Assembly: GCF_964355755.1 (NCBI RefSeq)
Contig: NC_092678.1
Location: 18,307,365-18,371,364, forward strand
Direction: 5' to 3'
DNA from: Antedon mediterranea
Lineage: Eukaryota > Animalia > Echinodermata
DNA length: 64,000 nt
Each line of letters begins with the position of its first letter. The stretch's first letter is position 1. Below the pieces are notes generated by a model. The model made no database searches. It was not told the DNA's origin and saw nothing but the letters and a program-made list of their open reading frames with translations. The position numbers and the translations under genes are program-made. Shown piece by piece: positions 1 to 12,007 of this stretch.

Positions 1-1761
1 TAATCATTGAAAAATATAGTTTCTTTCTCAAATGTATTTTCATCCGATAGGCAATATCTCTAAATCGCAGGGTGAGCCTAGCATTATGGTAGTAGGAAAA
101 TTGCTAAAATTTTATTTTGCAAGTACGCTATGAGCTTTGTTTTGGGACGTAGATGAAGAAGACAGTATCAGTGTGAGACACTGATGGGAGTGTATTGCGT
201 CCATAAGGTAAAGCTGTTATGGTCTTTTAAATTACCATCTTAACTACTGTTCCGAAAAGAGGCCTCTTGCAGTCTCTAGAATATTGTAATGATTCAAGAT
301 TCAAGACATTTTATTGGTCCACTTAAAAAGTTTTTTGGGTGGATGTAGGGAGTAGCTACTATTTCCCATCAAGAGCTATAGAGCCCTAGATACCAAAGTC
401 ACAGAGCACTAGTTGATTGTGACGTCAGAGTAGGTTTGTGGCTAGCCAGGTCTGATGAGAACAAAAGCCAAAACATATCCCATGAGAAATACAATTAGAT
501 GAATCATTTAGCCTATATAACTATATATTCTTCTATGAAATACTTTTTCTTGTATTCGGTGGTTCATAACTTCAAGGGTTTTTCTGAGTGACCTTAATGT
601 GAGTGAATCAATCGGCCAATCAGTCAACGGTTTAATTTCTCCATTACTCAAAACATAATTCCCTCAGTTGTTGGCCATTAGTCAGTTGCAGTAAAGAGTA
701 CTCTTTAAGAATCAGAAGAATTATGAATAAGAATTCAAATGTTACAGTAATTCAGATGAATTATGATGAACTACTTTTTGATATAAATTTGTGAAAATGT
801 GTTAATATTATATGTTATATCCTGGATCTTCCTCTGAAAGAGATAATGAAATGCCCCTTGGAAGAGTTGATAGGCCTACAGGATGTAGCGAAAAGAGGAG
901 CCTAACAGAAGACATCAGTTTCTCACATTATTTGCATAAAAACCGAAAATTTTGTTTTTCAAACAACAGTGAGTAACTCGCCAATTGCAGAAAAGATAAA
1001 CTATTTTATAATTTAACATATTTATAAATAATGTCTTAGGGTTAGGAAGAAGGGTTGTGAGTTACAACCCTGGAACTAGATCAGAGTGAACTTTATACCC
1101 TAGTATTGGAAGACAACCATGCTAACCACCAAGTCCTGCTCAACTACATTTTAGATATATATTTACCAAAACATTTAGTTTTTATCCATCCAAATGTAAA
1201 AATCAAATTATGTTTTGTATATCTTTGCTACAGTGACTTAATTATATAAAAAGTTGAAATACCCGGTCATCTTTCCTGCTTGAAACAATACAAACGAGTT
1301 CAAAGGGTAAACTGTCCAGAAAAATTACAGTTGTTTTTAATTTGGTTTTGTCCTTTCATTTCCTAAACTTGGCAAACGTTTTAATAATATAGCATGTCAA
1401 TGATATCATTGAAATGTCCAAGGTAGTACTAAAATAAAATAATTTATTTATGAACAAAAGTACTTGAATCAGTGAATTATAAATAAATAAATGCCTAAAG
1501 CTGAAATTATTAGACACTATAGGTTGTTTTTTTATATATCTCTTCAATTTTGGACAATATTCTATTATAAATGACAGAATCTAGAATCAATTATGACCTC
1601 ATGGTTGTCAATTTTTTTTTGTTATTTGCGAGCATTTCCGGTGGATCTTTAAACGTAATACAGAGCTTTATTTAACAGAATATTAATAATCTTAAATAAT
1701 ATTTCTTAGGTTAGGTCTGAGTTGCCTGAGCTGCATTATTGATTAACATTTACTATACTTA

Positions 1762-1920
1762 AGCCGATTTTCCACTAGGCGAATTTGTTCGCGCGAATCG
1801 AAGGCGTCAGCTAATACGCATGCGTAGAGAAGGATTTCGAAAATATAAACATGAATACGCATGCGTACAAGCTGGCGCTTTCGATTCGCGCAAACAAATT
1901 CGCCTAGTGGAAATTCGGCT
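1762..1920. mobile_element. Palindromic MITE, PIF/Harbinger (Tourist-like)
   Basis: Near-perfect ~60-bp inverted arms AGCCGATTTTCCACTAGGCGAATTTGTTCGCGCGAATCG...CGATTCGCGCAAACAAATTCGCCTAGTGGAAATTCGGCT, flanked by TTA/TTA. Confidence 0.85.
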
Positions 1921-2761
1921 TTAGTATTGTGTTTGCAACCTGTATTGAAATAAGAAATCAGTAATAATTTTTATGCCATTTTTCAAAGTTTTAAATTTTA
2001 GAATGCAAATTGGTTTATTATTAAACATGATTTCTTTTCATTTTGTATTCTTTCACAATCGCAATTGTACAATTAAAAAAGATGGTAAAAAAAAACAGAA
2101 AACAAGACTGAATTACTTTTATTCATTCTTTCAAAATCACAATAAATTAAAAAAATTGTAAAACAAAACTGGAAAACAAGACTTTTACCGTTTTTTTTCT
2201 TATTTTTGTACCTTTGAATATAATCGTTCAAAAAAAGATGTCATTGATGACCTAAAGCTTTTAGAAAGTAAATTGGTTCAACATGATTTCAATTTTTGTA
2301 CTTTTGAATATAATAATGGTACAGTCCCATATCATTCAAAATGATGTCATTTATGACCCCATTATAAGACCCCTGCTTGTTTAAACCAACAGGTGGATAA
2401 AATAATGTTATCATATCAATGATCATATTCAATAATCAGGGACACTAGGACACAGTTATTCATTGTTTTAGTATAATTATGTCATTGTTTATGCTACAAT
2501 TTAGTAACCCTTTTAAATCACAATTTAATTATATGACTCATGGGGTTTTATTTTCCTGTGGTCTTCCACAGCTGGTTCTCTAATTGCCCATTTCATTCCA
2601 GAGTTTCCTCAAATAGTGAGATCATTCCTACTGATGATGTCATCAAGAGATTGTCTGGTGTCCTCAATTTGTACCACCCAACCAATGAGATTTCAAACAC
2701 TGGGCAAGGTTACAGCTAAGTGCTTCGTTTTGGCTCTCTGCCGAGATGAACTTAAACTTAA

Positions 2762-3436
2762 GGGTATGTTCAGACTCATGAAGTTACAGTGGAGTTATGT
2801 AAGCGGCGTACATATTTTTGTGTCTGAACCATGCCGCGGATTAGCGTTAGGAAGCTGTTACTCCGCGCCAGTGGCGTTAATAACTCAAGCGGGAGAGGGT
2901 AGATTTCATAACGCTAATCCAGTGATGCATCAGTGATTTTAACATTAACCAATGAAAATACACGACCACGATTAGCAGACAGCAACTACATACCCGTACC
3001 CTATGATACGACAGCGAAATAGCTATGACAAATGTATTTTCAGGTTCAGATTTTAAAGAACAGTAAAGTTGGCGTCAGTAATATGATATTTTCATAAATT
3101 AAATCAATTAATCAGATAATTGTCCATGTAACAATTACGTTTTAAATTATTTTGAATTATAATGAAATTCTACATGTAGTAAGAAGAAATCAGTATATTT
3201 GAAGGTAAACATTATATAAATAAAAATGGAAAAAACAATGTAAACGATGTAAACTTTCATGCATTGTCATGAATGTATACATATAGTTCTATCTGCTTTG
3301 ACCTATCAGAGTGTTTTAAACGCAAGGCATTGGAATGTTGATCGTTGTGTCTGAACACCTTGGCTTTTAACGCCACGGATTACCGTACGCCTTGCTTAGA
3401 CAACTCCACCGTAACTCCGTGAGTCTGAACATACCC
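2762..3436. mobile_element. Non-autonomous PIF/Harbinger-like DNA transposon (~675 bp)
   Basis: TIRs GGGTATGTTCAGACTCA...TGAGTCTGAACATACCC with TAA/TAA target duplication; a second partial copy lies at ~15028-15361. Confidence 0.85.
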
Positions 3437-4044
3437 TAAAACCAAGAATCATACCAATAAAAAAATAAACTTTAGTATTTTAAGTTAACTCATTCATTTG
3501 TTTAGCCATTTATATACAGTAAAATACAAGATAAGATAAAGAATTTTTGTCGTCTGCAAAAGTAAACTGAAATTAGCCCACAGTCCTGACAGTCCAAACT
3601 AAGAATTTCAAATATAAAAATACTATAATACTATATAAAGCGGTATAAAAATACATAAAAAACATTCTGACACTTTTATTTCTATTTTTCGTGCATAATG
3701 CGCTTAGCCCAAATTATTATTATTGGTCCATACTTTGCAGAAAACCAAACATTACAACAAAGCTTGACTAAGTATAAGTTTGTCAAAAAGTCCATCTAAC
3801 AAAATAGAAATGTCATTATAATCTGAAACTGCAGTGTTTCTGTGAGCAAATCCGAGAATGAATTTGTTCCAATTTTAATGTATTTCTTTCTATTGAGAGT
3901 TGAATGCATAATCTGTGAGGACACAAGAGGCAAGGTCCAAATCCCAGTACATATGGATAATTTAATTTAACTTAACTTATTAGCAAAATGTTATTATAGG
4001 TTGCTGTCGCACGTCAATGTATAGACTATAATGGCCAGTTTTTA

Positions 4045-4508
4045 ATTATTATTATTATTACGTCAAGAAATAATACTGCAAATTATTATTATTACCCATG
4101 TTATATCTGTTATGATGAAAACAAATTAAGGTGAAAACAAACGTATTTAAATTATTATTACGTCAAGAAATATTATTGACAATTTTTATTACTAATATAT
4201 TGTCCCACGTTATCGATGTTATATTGAAAATAAATTAAGGTGAAAAAAAACATAATTATTTAAATTATTATTACATCAAAAAATATTAATATAAATTAAT
4301 GTTATTAATATATTGTCCCACGTTATCTATGTTATGTTGAAAATAAATTAAGGTGAAAAAAAACATAATTATTCTAATTAATTATTACATCAAAAAATAT
4401 TAATATAAATTAATGTTATTAATATATTGTCCCACGTTATCTATGTTATGATGAAAATAAATTAAGGTAAAAATAAACATATTTAAATTATCATTACGTC
4501 AAGAAATG
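4045..4508. repeat. AT-rich minisatellite, ~100-117 bp unit, ~4 copies
   Basis: Recurring TTATTATTAC(G/A)TCAA...GTCCCACGTTATC...AATTAAGGTGAAAA blocks. Confidence 0.8.
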
Positions 4509-4943
4509 AAAGCAAACATATTTTATTTATACCTAGATTGAAACAACTGTAATGATGAGGTTCTCAAGTTCTCTACTGAATGTCCATAATTACTATCAAA
4601 TTCAGCCAACATTCAAATTTACGGAAGTTGAAATACTAGATGTCATACAAACTATGCAAAATTATGATTTGGCTTAAATTATGGACAACCCTGCTAAATC
4701 ACAAAGGAGGGATGACCGAATGACCAACATAAATGTCAAAACATGGACCTTTTGTTTTCATGACGCGATTTGGCTACACTCTGCGGTGTCAAAAAACCAT
4801 TATGTTAAGAAACTTTTTCTTTTTCCATGCGGAATGCATGTCGCATAAAACAATACAGAAATTTAGGTTTAGGTTGAAAACTGTTTATATAAGCCATGAT
4901 CCACTATTTCAATTTCAAATATTAAACATATGTCCTGTCCACA

Positions 4944-6138
4944 TATAAACCTAGGCAATATGTAAGGACGTTATTTTTAGATTTTTCTTCGGCTTTCAAT
5001 TCAATGAAACCAAACATACTTCTTGATAAATTAGTTAGTATGAATGTTAATCCTTTTGTTTGTCTATGGATCAGAGATTTCTTGAAAAACAGAACCCAGC
5101 GTGTTAGAATTGATAATGTTTTGTCTGATATCATTGTTTCAAACACCGGTGCCCCACAGGGATGCGTGTTATCTCCATTGTTGTTCACATTATATACAAG
5201 TGACCTTAGAAGTGAATCATGTCAAATAGTTAAATTTGCTGATGACACCTGTATCACAGGCTTAATTGTAAACAATGATGAGAGCACGTATAGAACTGAA
5301 GTTAATTATATAATTAACTGTTGTGATATGAACTGTCTAAGTATTAATGTAAATAAAACAAAGGAAATTGTGTTTGACTTTCGTAAAATTAAGAGGCAAC
5401 TTATACCTTTAAATATCAAAGATAATGATGTCCGCACAACTAGTGAACATAAATATTTAGGAGTATGGATAGATGAAAAACTGTCATGGAACGCCAACAC
5501 TGCCAAAGTCTATGCGAAGGCAAACCAAAGATTGTACTTCTTAAGGAAATTAAGAAACTTTAATATTGGCAGAGATGCGCTGTCTCTATTCCATCAGGCT
5601 ATGATACAGTCCATATTAACATTTTGCTGTATTGTATGGCTAAATAGTTTATCTAAGTATAACTCAAATAAATTACAGAGAATAATAAAAATGGCTAAGA
5701 AGGTAATAGGTGAAAACGTCCCATCTATCCATGATATATGCGATAAGGTTATGGAGAAAAAACTAAAATGTATAATTAACGACCAGTCTCATCCTCTTTT
5801 TAACTTTATAAAATTCAGTAGATCCGGAAGGATGATTCCTTCAATTAAGAAGACTGAGCGTCATAATAAATCATTTCTTCCGTGTGCAATCAGGCAATAC
5901 AACAAGCAATTTAAAAGATAACTTGAGACGTTTTATATTTTATTCTTTATATAGTATTTTAATATTTATACTGTTCATAATGTTTTATACATAGCATATT
6001 TTCTTATATATTATCTTATCCATTGTATAGTATTGTATGTTTTTAACTGTTGTTATTTTTATTGTAATTTGAACCTTGGAAGGCAAATTTCATTTACTGT
6101 GTATTTGACAATAAATTTTAACTTGAACTTGAACTTGA
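4944..6138 (+). mobile_element. 5'-truncated non-LTR retrotransposon, Rex1/Babar-like
   Basis: Open frame YVRTLFLDFSSAFNSM...GAPQGCVLSPLLFTLYTSD...VKFADD...KYLG...KANQRLYFLRKLR, T-rich 3'UTR, AATAAA and (AACTTG)n tail at ~6120-6138. Confidence 0.9.
5004..5921 (+). CDS. LINE reverse transcriptase, C-terminal part (RT core plus DUF1891-like region); the frame is open upstream to ~4944
   Basis: 305-aa ORF with PQG and FADD RT motifs and a Rex1-type C-terminus (HPLF...RSGR...TERHNKSFLPCAIRQYN). Confidence 0.88.
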   Translation: MKPNILLDKLVSMNVNPFVCLWIRDFLKNRTQRVRIDNVLSDIIVSNTGAPQGCVLSPLLFTLYTSDLRSESCQIVKFADDTCITGLIVNNDESTYRTEVNYIINCCDMNCLSINVNKTKEIVFDFRKIKRQLIPLNIKDNDVRTTSEHKYLGVWIDEKLSWNANTAKVYAKANQRLYFLRKLRNFNIGRDALSLFHQAMIQSILTFCCIVWLNSLSKYNSNKLQRIIKMAKKVIGENVPSIHDICDKVMEKKLKCIINDQSHPLFNFIKFSRSGRMIPSIKKTERHNKSFLPCAIRQYNKQFKR

Positions 6139-6309
6139 TATGCTTTTGCTGCATGTAATAAATCATTTTTTTTTATCGTCCATGCGATTCAACGTAGGCA
6201 TGTCACACCATTGTGATTAAACTCAATATACACACCTAAACAGAGAGATCAAGGGTCAATCGACAGTTATATAGAGGTGAATCTACTGACCGGAAACCTA
6301 GTTTTTTGG

Positions 6310-6605
6310 GTTATATACTGTAAGCGCACCAATGACAACCAGTTGAGTTGTGTTAAGCTGCATCGCACCAAGATTGAAACAACAGAGAGAAATTACAAAG
6401 AAAAAAGATAGGTTTTTAAGAGTGGTTTGAAAACTATGATATAGAATGAATTTTTAATAGGATCAGGAAGATTGTTCCACAGTTTAGGAGCTACAACTGC
6501 AAAGGCTCGATCACCATAGGTCTTAAGGCGGCTGGGTGGAACAAAAAGTGCAGATGGATTAGTGGTCGACCTAAGAGATCTTTTGCAAACAATTCTAGGC
6601 TGGAA
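6310..6605 (-). mobile_element. L2-clade LINE 3' fragment
   Basis: Minus strand translates RSLRSTTNPSALFVPPSRLKTYGDRAFAVVAPKLWNNLP...FKPLLKTYLF, typical of the L2/CR1-group ORF2 C-terminus. Confidence 0.8.
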
Positions 6606-7408
6606 ATAGAAGCCTGTCGTTGGCGCACAGGTCAGCCCAGGGTGTGAAACATTGGCACTTATTCATTCCGTCAGTCAGTGTAACAGGATAAAAATACATT
6701 TTCCAACAGGATATTTTTTTGTGGTTTTCTTATGGGGACTATAAGACTAGACTTGGTCATGGTACGGAACCAAGAACTGAAATTTTATTTCCAGCCTAGA
6801 ATTATTGACGGTTATTAGTTCCTTGTTTTGTTTATTTTTCTTTTGAAATACCATCATCATCAAATAAAAATATCCGTTTCTTAAAGTTCAAACTACTATT
6901 TACAGTAACAGATTGTTTGTAATAATTTTTTTTTTACATGAGCGTGAGTGTTTCCTTGCTTCCTTTCCATACCATTTTCCTAGTGACGGATCCAGGATTT
7001 AGAGTTTACTGAAGGGGCCCACAAAGTGTTTTTTTGGCTAATCCAAATTTTAAATTATAATATCTATATATTTAATAATTTCCTGGATTTATGAAGTGCC
7101 TAATGTTATTGTGAAACCTCTAAAAGCTCTGTACAAGACATTGAGAAAAAAAAGAAATCTAACTCAAACTGGAGTATGAGGTTCTCATTGCTAACCAGGG
7201 TTCGGTCTAAAATTGAACCATGATCAGCACCAGAGTGTGTCTGGCATCCCGGACTTATGCACCAAAAGGTAAATTTCCCTTTCATGTGTGAATTTAGCAT
7301 TAAAACATTTTTATTTTAAAATATATTTTCAATATCTTTATATTCCACAACAAGAATAGCATTATTAAAGAAAAGAAAGCAAAAAACCTAATTAGAACTA
7401 CACCCCTG

Positions 7409-7564
7409 TGGCCGTATATCCACACATTCACAACAAAATTAAGACACATCTGCTACCTAAGTGAATACAATTTAAGGGAAATACTTAAATATTTATTGAG
7501 TTAAGTGAAATACTTAATATTTGAGGGAAAAATCTAACTTAAGTGTGATTGGTGAATACGGCCA
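7409..7564. mobile_element. Degenerate MITE
   Basis: Terminal inverted TGGCCGTAT...ATACGGCCA around an AT-rich core. Confidence 0.5.
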
Positions 7565-8099
7565 CTCGTCCCCAGCCTAAATTGCTCTCTCCACTTCCTA
7601 ATAATGGCTGTGGTCTGGCTGAGTCCTGTTAGGTTTTGACAAAATTTAAATATTTTAAAAACATGCCCTGTGTAGCTCTCATTCTCTCATTTTCTGTGTG
7701 CTTTAATGTATAATAATATAATAATGTGTATCATTAAACACTGTTTTGAATGATTACATTTAGCTGTACATGTGATATCAATTATCCTTATTATTTCAAT
7801 TATTGTAACTAATTTACAAGTTATTATAACTCCCAAACCGTTATGATGAGACATTTGAAAAATGTTGTGTTTAATACCATATTTGGAAATGATTTTGTTA
7901 TATATCGCTTTTTGTTAAACTTGTCGTTTTAGTTTTCCTACTTTTTTATTTTTACTTAGTTTTACTTTGTCTACAATTCTTCCTCATTTTGCAATGAACA
8001 CTCATATGATTCAATGTTAACCTAGCATACTGCATTGAGGGAAATTGATCAATACATGCAAAAATTACTTTTCAAAAGTGCAGGAACATTCAAAGAAGA

Positions 8100-8407
8100 A
8101 TTGAATTGAAATTTATATTTATACTGGGTAACCTCTTCAGTCAAAGACTGGTCTCCCAGAGGGCCCAGTTGGTGATCAGTGGCTGTGATGTACTAATACA
8201 CCGGGGTAACCCCTACTCGTCTCGAAAGATGTACTAGGTTCTTTAAAGTGCACACGAGCTAGATGTGTACACTGTACCTACGGTTTATCCGAGAAGACTC
8301 GTTCTACCACCAGAACCATGGAGTGAGTGAGCCTTGAACCCCTGCCGATGTTATGGCTACGTAATTACTGTTCCACTGTCTTAACCGCTCGGCCACTCAC
8401 TCACTCA
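8100..8407 (-). mobile_element. tRNA-derived SINE with Deu-domain-like core (near full length)
   Basis: Minus strand: A-box TGGCCGAGCGG, B-box GGTTCAAG, core CGGATAAACCGTAGGT...TTAAAGAACC...GAGTAGGGGTTACCCCGGTGT, LINE-like tail ending (TTCAA)n; several copies in the window. Confidence 0.85.
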
Positions 8408-10031
8408 GTAGTTTCATAACTCAAAAAATTACAACATTTATTTGTATTTATTTAAAAAATGTTTATTTTCGTCATTCATCCTGTTTGTAACGTATTCATG
8501 TAACAAGTGTAGGCGTACCTGTACCCTCGTTCTTTCTTATACCGTGCTGCACCCATACTCCAAGTTTGAAGATTGTGTGACCTCTAGTCTATAATAAAGC
8601 CGGACAGACATCAAGAGATTTGGTATTATTATAATAATCTTCTAATAAAAGACCAGACCTGTAAAAACAATCATATCTTAAAAGAAATTCTTTATAAAAT
8701 TAGAATTAAATAGTAAAAAATAAAACCATTAAAAATTACACATTTAAAGACTTTGATTTGTTTTGTGAATGGATTTGTTACTTGGAAAGCGAATTCACCT
8801 TTTACAATCAATTGCGTGTTACAGTACCTCCCACACATCAAACATCTGAATTATTATTTATTGTTCTGAATTTATTGTTTGTGACCCTTATTACACCTAC
8901 ATTATTGTTTGTATGATTATAACACCTACATATTGTTGTCGTTGAAGATATTTATAATAAATGTTACATGTTTATTTGAAATAATTAATTCAATTTCAGT
9001 GTAATTGTTTTCATGTGACAATGATTTTAATCAGAACTTCTCTGGCGACGCGAGTCTGTTTACTGACAGGTTTCACTTCTACGCACACTGTCTATTTAAT
9101 ACAGTCTAGTTTATTTGCCCTTGATGGCCGCAATTCAGAGTATATTTGTTTTCACGTGATCTTAAGCTTCAAACTTCCAAAAGTGATTACCGTATCTGAG
9201 GGGGGGAAAAGTGAATATTTGAGGGGGCTGAAACCGACACTTAAGGTAACCACTAACTAGATGTCTGAAAGAGAAGGCCTTGAGTTTAGACTTTAGACCA
9301 ATAACTCTACAATCTGAAATATCCTTAAGGTAGGCATATGTCGACCTAGATCTGAAAGCTACTTAATTCAATTTAACTCCTTTGAATGGACTTTTGCGCA
9401 ACTGAACGGGAATGAAAGCGTTTTATGTCGGCAATGGACCTGACTGCAATAGTCGTGGTATCCATACCCTGCACGTGACACAATTCTTCGTTGAATTGGA
9501 ATTCGTTGTGCAACAGTACCAATTTTATTTAAATATGTATACAAAGAAATACACGAAATTAAGTCTTTTCCAACAAATTTAAAAAGGAAGCAAAAATGTC
9601 TGTAAATAATGTAGTTTTTGTGAAATATAGGCCAATTGTGTATTGAAATAAAGTCATGTCATGTAAAAAGCAGATTATTTTTTATACTTATAGTGTTTAT
9701 ATTTTGGCAATTGAATTGTTATTTAAAAGATTCACAAAATAACTTTTGTTTTTTGTTTCTTTTTGTCAATTTTTTGGTCACATTTTTATAGTTTTTTTTA
9801 CTGATATTAAAAAGCTTAGTCTCGGAGCCAAGGAATTTGGATTTTTTAACAAATAAGTTTATTGTTAGCTGTTTTCTTGTATATGTTATGGATATACGTG
9901 ACATTCTTGCAGTATTAAAATATAAAACAAACAATCCTACTATAACAAGCGAATATTAGAATTTTTTTCTAAAAAAAGCTGAAAATCCTTTGAAGGTTTT
10001 TAAATATAAATAAAATATTTTAGTCAAACTT

Positions 10032-10288
10032 AAGCTCTGTCTACACTATAATATAATAATATATTGGCACTGCACGTTTTTATCAGTGGCACACTTTAAA
10101 AATATAACAATAAAAAAAATAAGAAAAACAAAATGTACATTCCTACAGTACTGAATAACAAAAGACTACCAACATCACACCAAACTTTATGTGACAAAAA
10201 TGTGTGATGTGCCCAAATATGGTAGTGATGCGCGCTTAAATATGGTAGTGATATGACATCATCATGTCCATATATGGTCACATCACAT
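10032..10288. mobile_element. GCTCTGTCTACAC-family MITE, interrupted/partial copy
   Basis: Left TIR AGCTCTGTCTACACTA at ~10033 and internal CCAAATATGG/CCATATATGG block at 10180-10288. Confidence 0.7.
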
Positions 10289-10639
10289 TAAAGAGACAAA
10301 GCCATTCTTCTTTTAGGAATTAAAGCCATTGTCAATACTGTATAAAGGACAAAATGTTTCTACTGCAGTTACTGAAGTAAATACATGTTGTTTAATCACC
10401 TTTAGTAACCTTTGAGTGAGTGCCTTCATATACATTTAAACAAGCTAAAATCATTACTTATTTCTTCAAACGAAAGTGTTTGTTCTTCAGTTTTTGGAAG
10501 ATTATATTGACAAATACACATTTTTAGCAGGCATAAATAACAAGTAAAATATCAAATATCATTGAAATTGTCTTCCCCCTTTTTCCATAATTTTAGCAAA
10601 CGTACAATATGTAAAAAATCTTTATTCAATACACAATGA

Positions 10640-11103
10640 AATTGTACTCTGGAATGAAAAATTATTATTAATGACTTTCAAGTGTTTAAAAGGGTGAGCT
10701 CCTCCATATTTGACCTCAAAATTGACTTTTAATAACACTACCCATTCTAAAGGCAAAGCCAAAGCCATAACAATTTAGTTGTCCCCACCTGGAACATTTG
10801 TCAAGGCAAAAAACCCTTTACTTATCGTTCATCTAAAAGCTGGAATGAACTTCCAAATGAATTAAAAATTAACTTTAAAGATTTTTAAATAACTTCATTC
10901 AAAATACAATTAGTACTCAACATTTTTAACTGAATTTGTTGTTTTCTAAAATTGATTGCTATTTTTAATGTATATTTCAATAACTCTTTGTCTTTATTTT
11001 ATTATGCTTGTTATATTTTCAATTACTGTACTACTTTGGAATCAGTGCACTAGTACTGAAAGTGCCTGCTGAATAAAGAAAGAAAGAATGAATAAATAAA
11101 TAA
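10640..11103 (+). mobile_element. Degraded CR1/L2-group (Crack-like) LINE 3' end
   Basis: Broken frame MTFKCLKG*APPYLTSKL...NLVVPTWN...TYRSSKSWNELPNELK, followed by a T-rich UTR and (AATA)n tail. Confidence 0.7.
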
Positions 11104-11221
11104 ATTAAATAATCACTGTTTGGAACAGTTTATCAAAATGAGTCATATGTGTGTATATAGTGTTAATACCACAATAACCTAAATACAAATTAATTATGGT
11201 AAAACCTACCTTTGTTTAACA

Positions 11222-11560
11222 ATTCAAGTTTAATAACCTTATAGAAAATAATCTCTGTGAAAAAAAAACCACTTTGATGTACCCCTATTTGTATAATAGA
11301 TCAGTCTAAAACTTTAGTGTAGTCTGTTTGGCTGTAAATAGCATTGTCTAATGTCTAAAGTTTAATAACCTATAGAAACTAATCCCCCAAGAAACATTAT
11401 ATCCCTATTGGTATAATAGATCAGTCTAAAACTTTTCAGTGATCTGAAGTTTGATAACCATAGATAATAATCCTTCCAGATACTTTTTACATCCCTGTTT
11501 TTTATAATAGATCAGTCCAAAACTTTCCAGTAATCTGTTTGGCTGTAAAAGTGGCATTGT
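11222..11560. repeat. Degenerate ~90-130 bp triplication upstream of the candidate first exon
   Basis: Three copies of AAGTTT(A/G)ATAACC...TATAATAGATCAGTC(T/C)AAAACTTT. Confidence 0.65.
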
Positions 11561-11987
11561 CTAGTGTGTGAAGTTTCACTGTTATAGTTGTAATTGGATA
11601 GCAAGGTTTTAATCAACATTGTTAGCTTGTCAGGTTAACAGCCCATCTGCCTTGTATAAGGACACTGCTGCTCATCTCCAGTAGGCCTATAGTTCAAGAC
11701 TTATCAGTAATAGCTCACTTTATCTATGCTACACAAATATTCCGGTTCTGTAGGCAGTTTGGTTACAGCATTTCTTTAGTTCACTGTGCGCACATTTTCC
11801 ACTTTTTACTGTATTTAACTTTACCAGTTAGCAGAGATCACAATTACTTTGCATCTTTTTAGGCAACACAGATTATTGCTGTGCTACATTGAAAGACATT
11901 CAGCCGTACAGTACTTCTTATCTTTGTTCTATATTTGGAATCGACAAAACACATTTTAAAATTTGGATTTGGTACTAGCAGAACATT

Positions 11988-12007
11988 ATGTCGACGACAC
12001 TAACTTT
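11988..12007 (+). CDS. CUB-EGF gene candidate exon 1 (MSTTLT + TT)
   Basis: ATG followed by a GTGAGT donor in phase 2; joins 29868 to give the signal peptide [19 protein letters not shown]. Confidence 0.65.

Noticed and set aside
9329-9942. Kolobok-like element starting TTAA GGTAGG
   Set aside because: The right terminus matches poorly and no second copy is present to confirm it.
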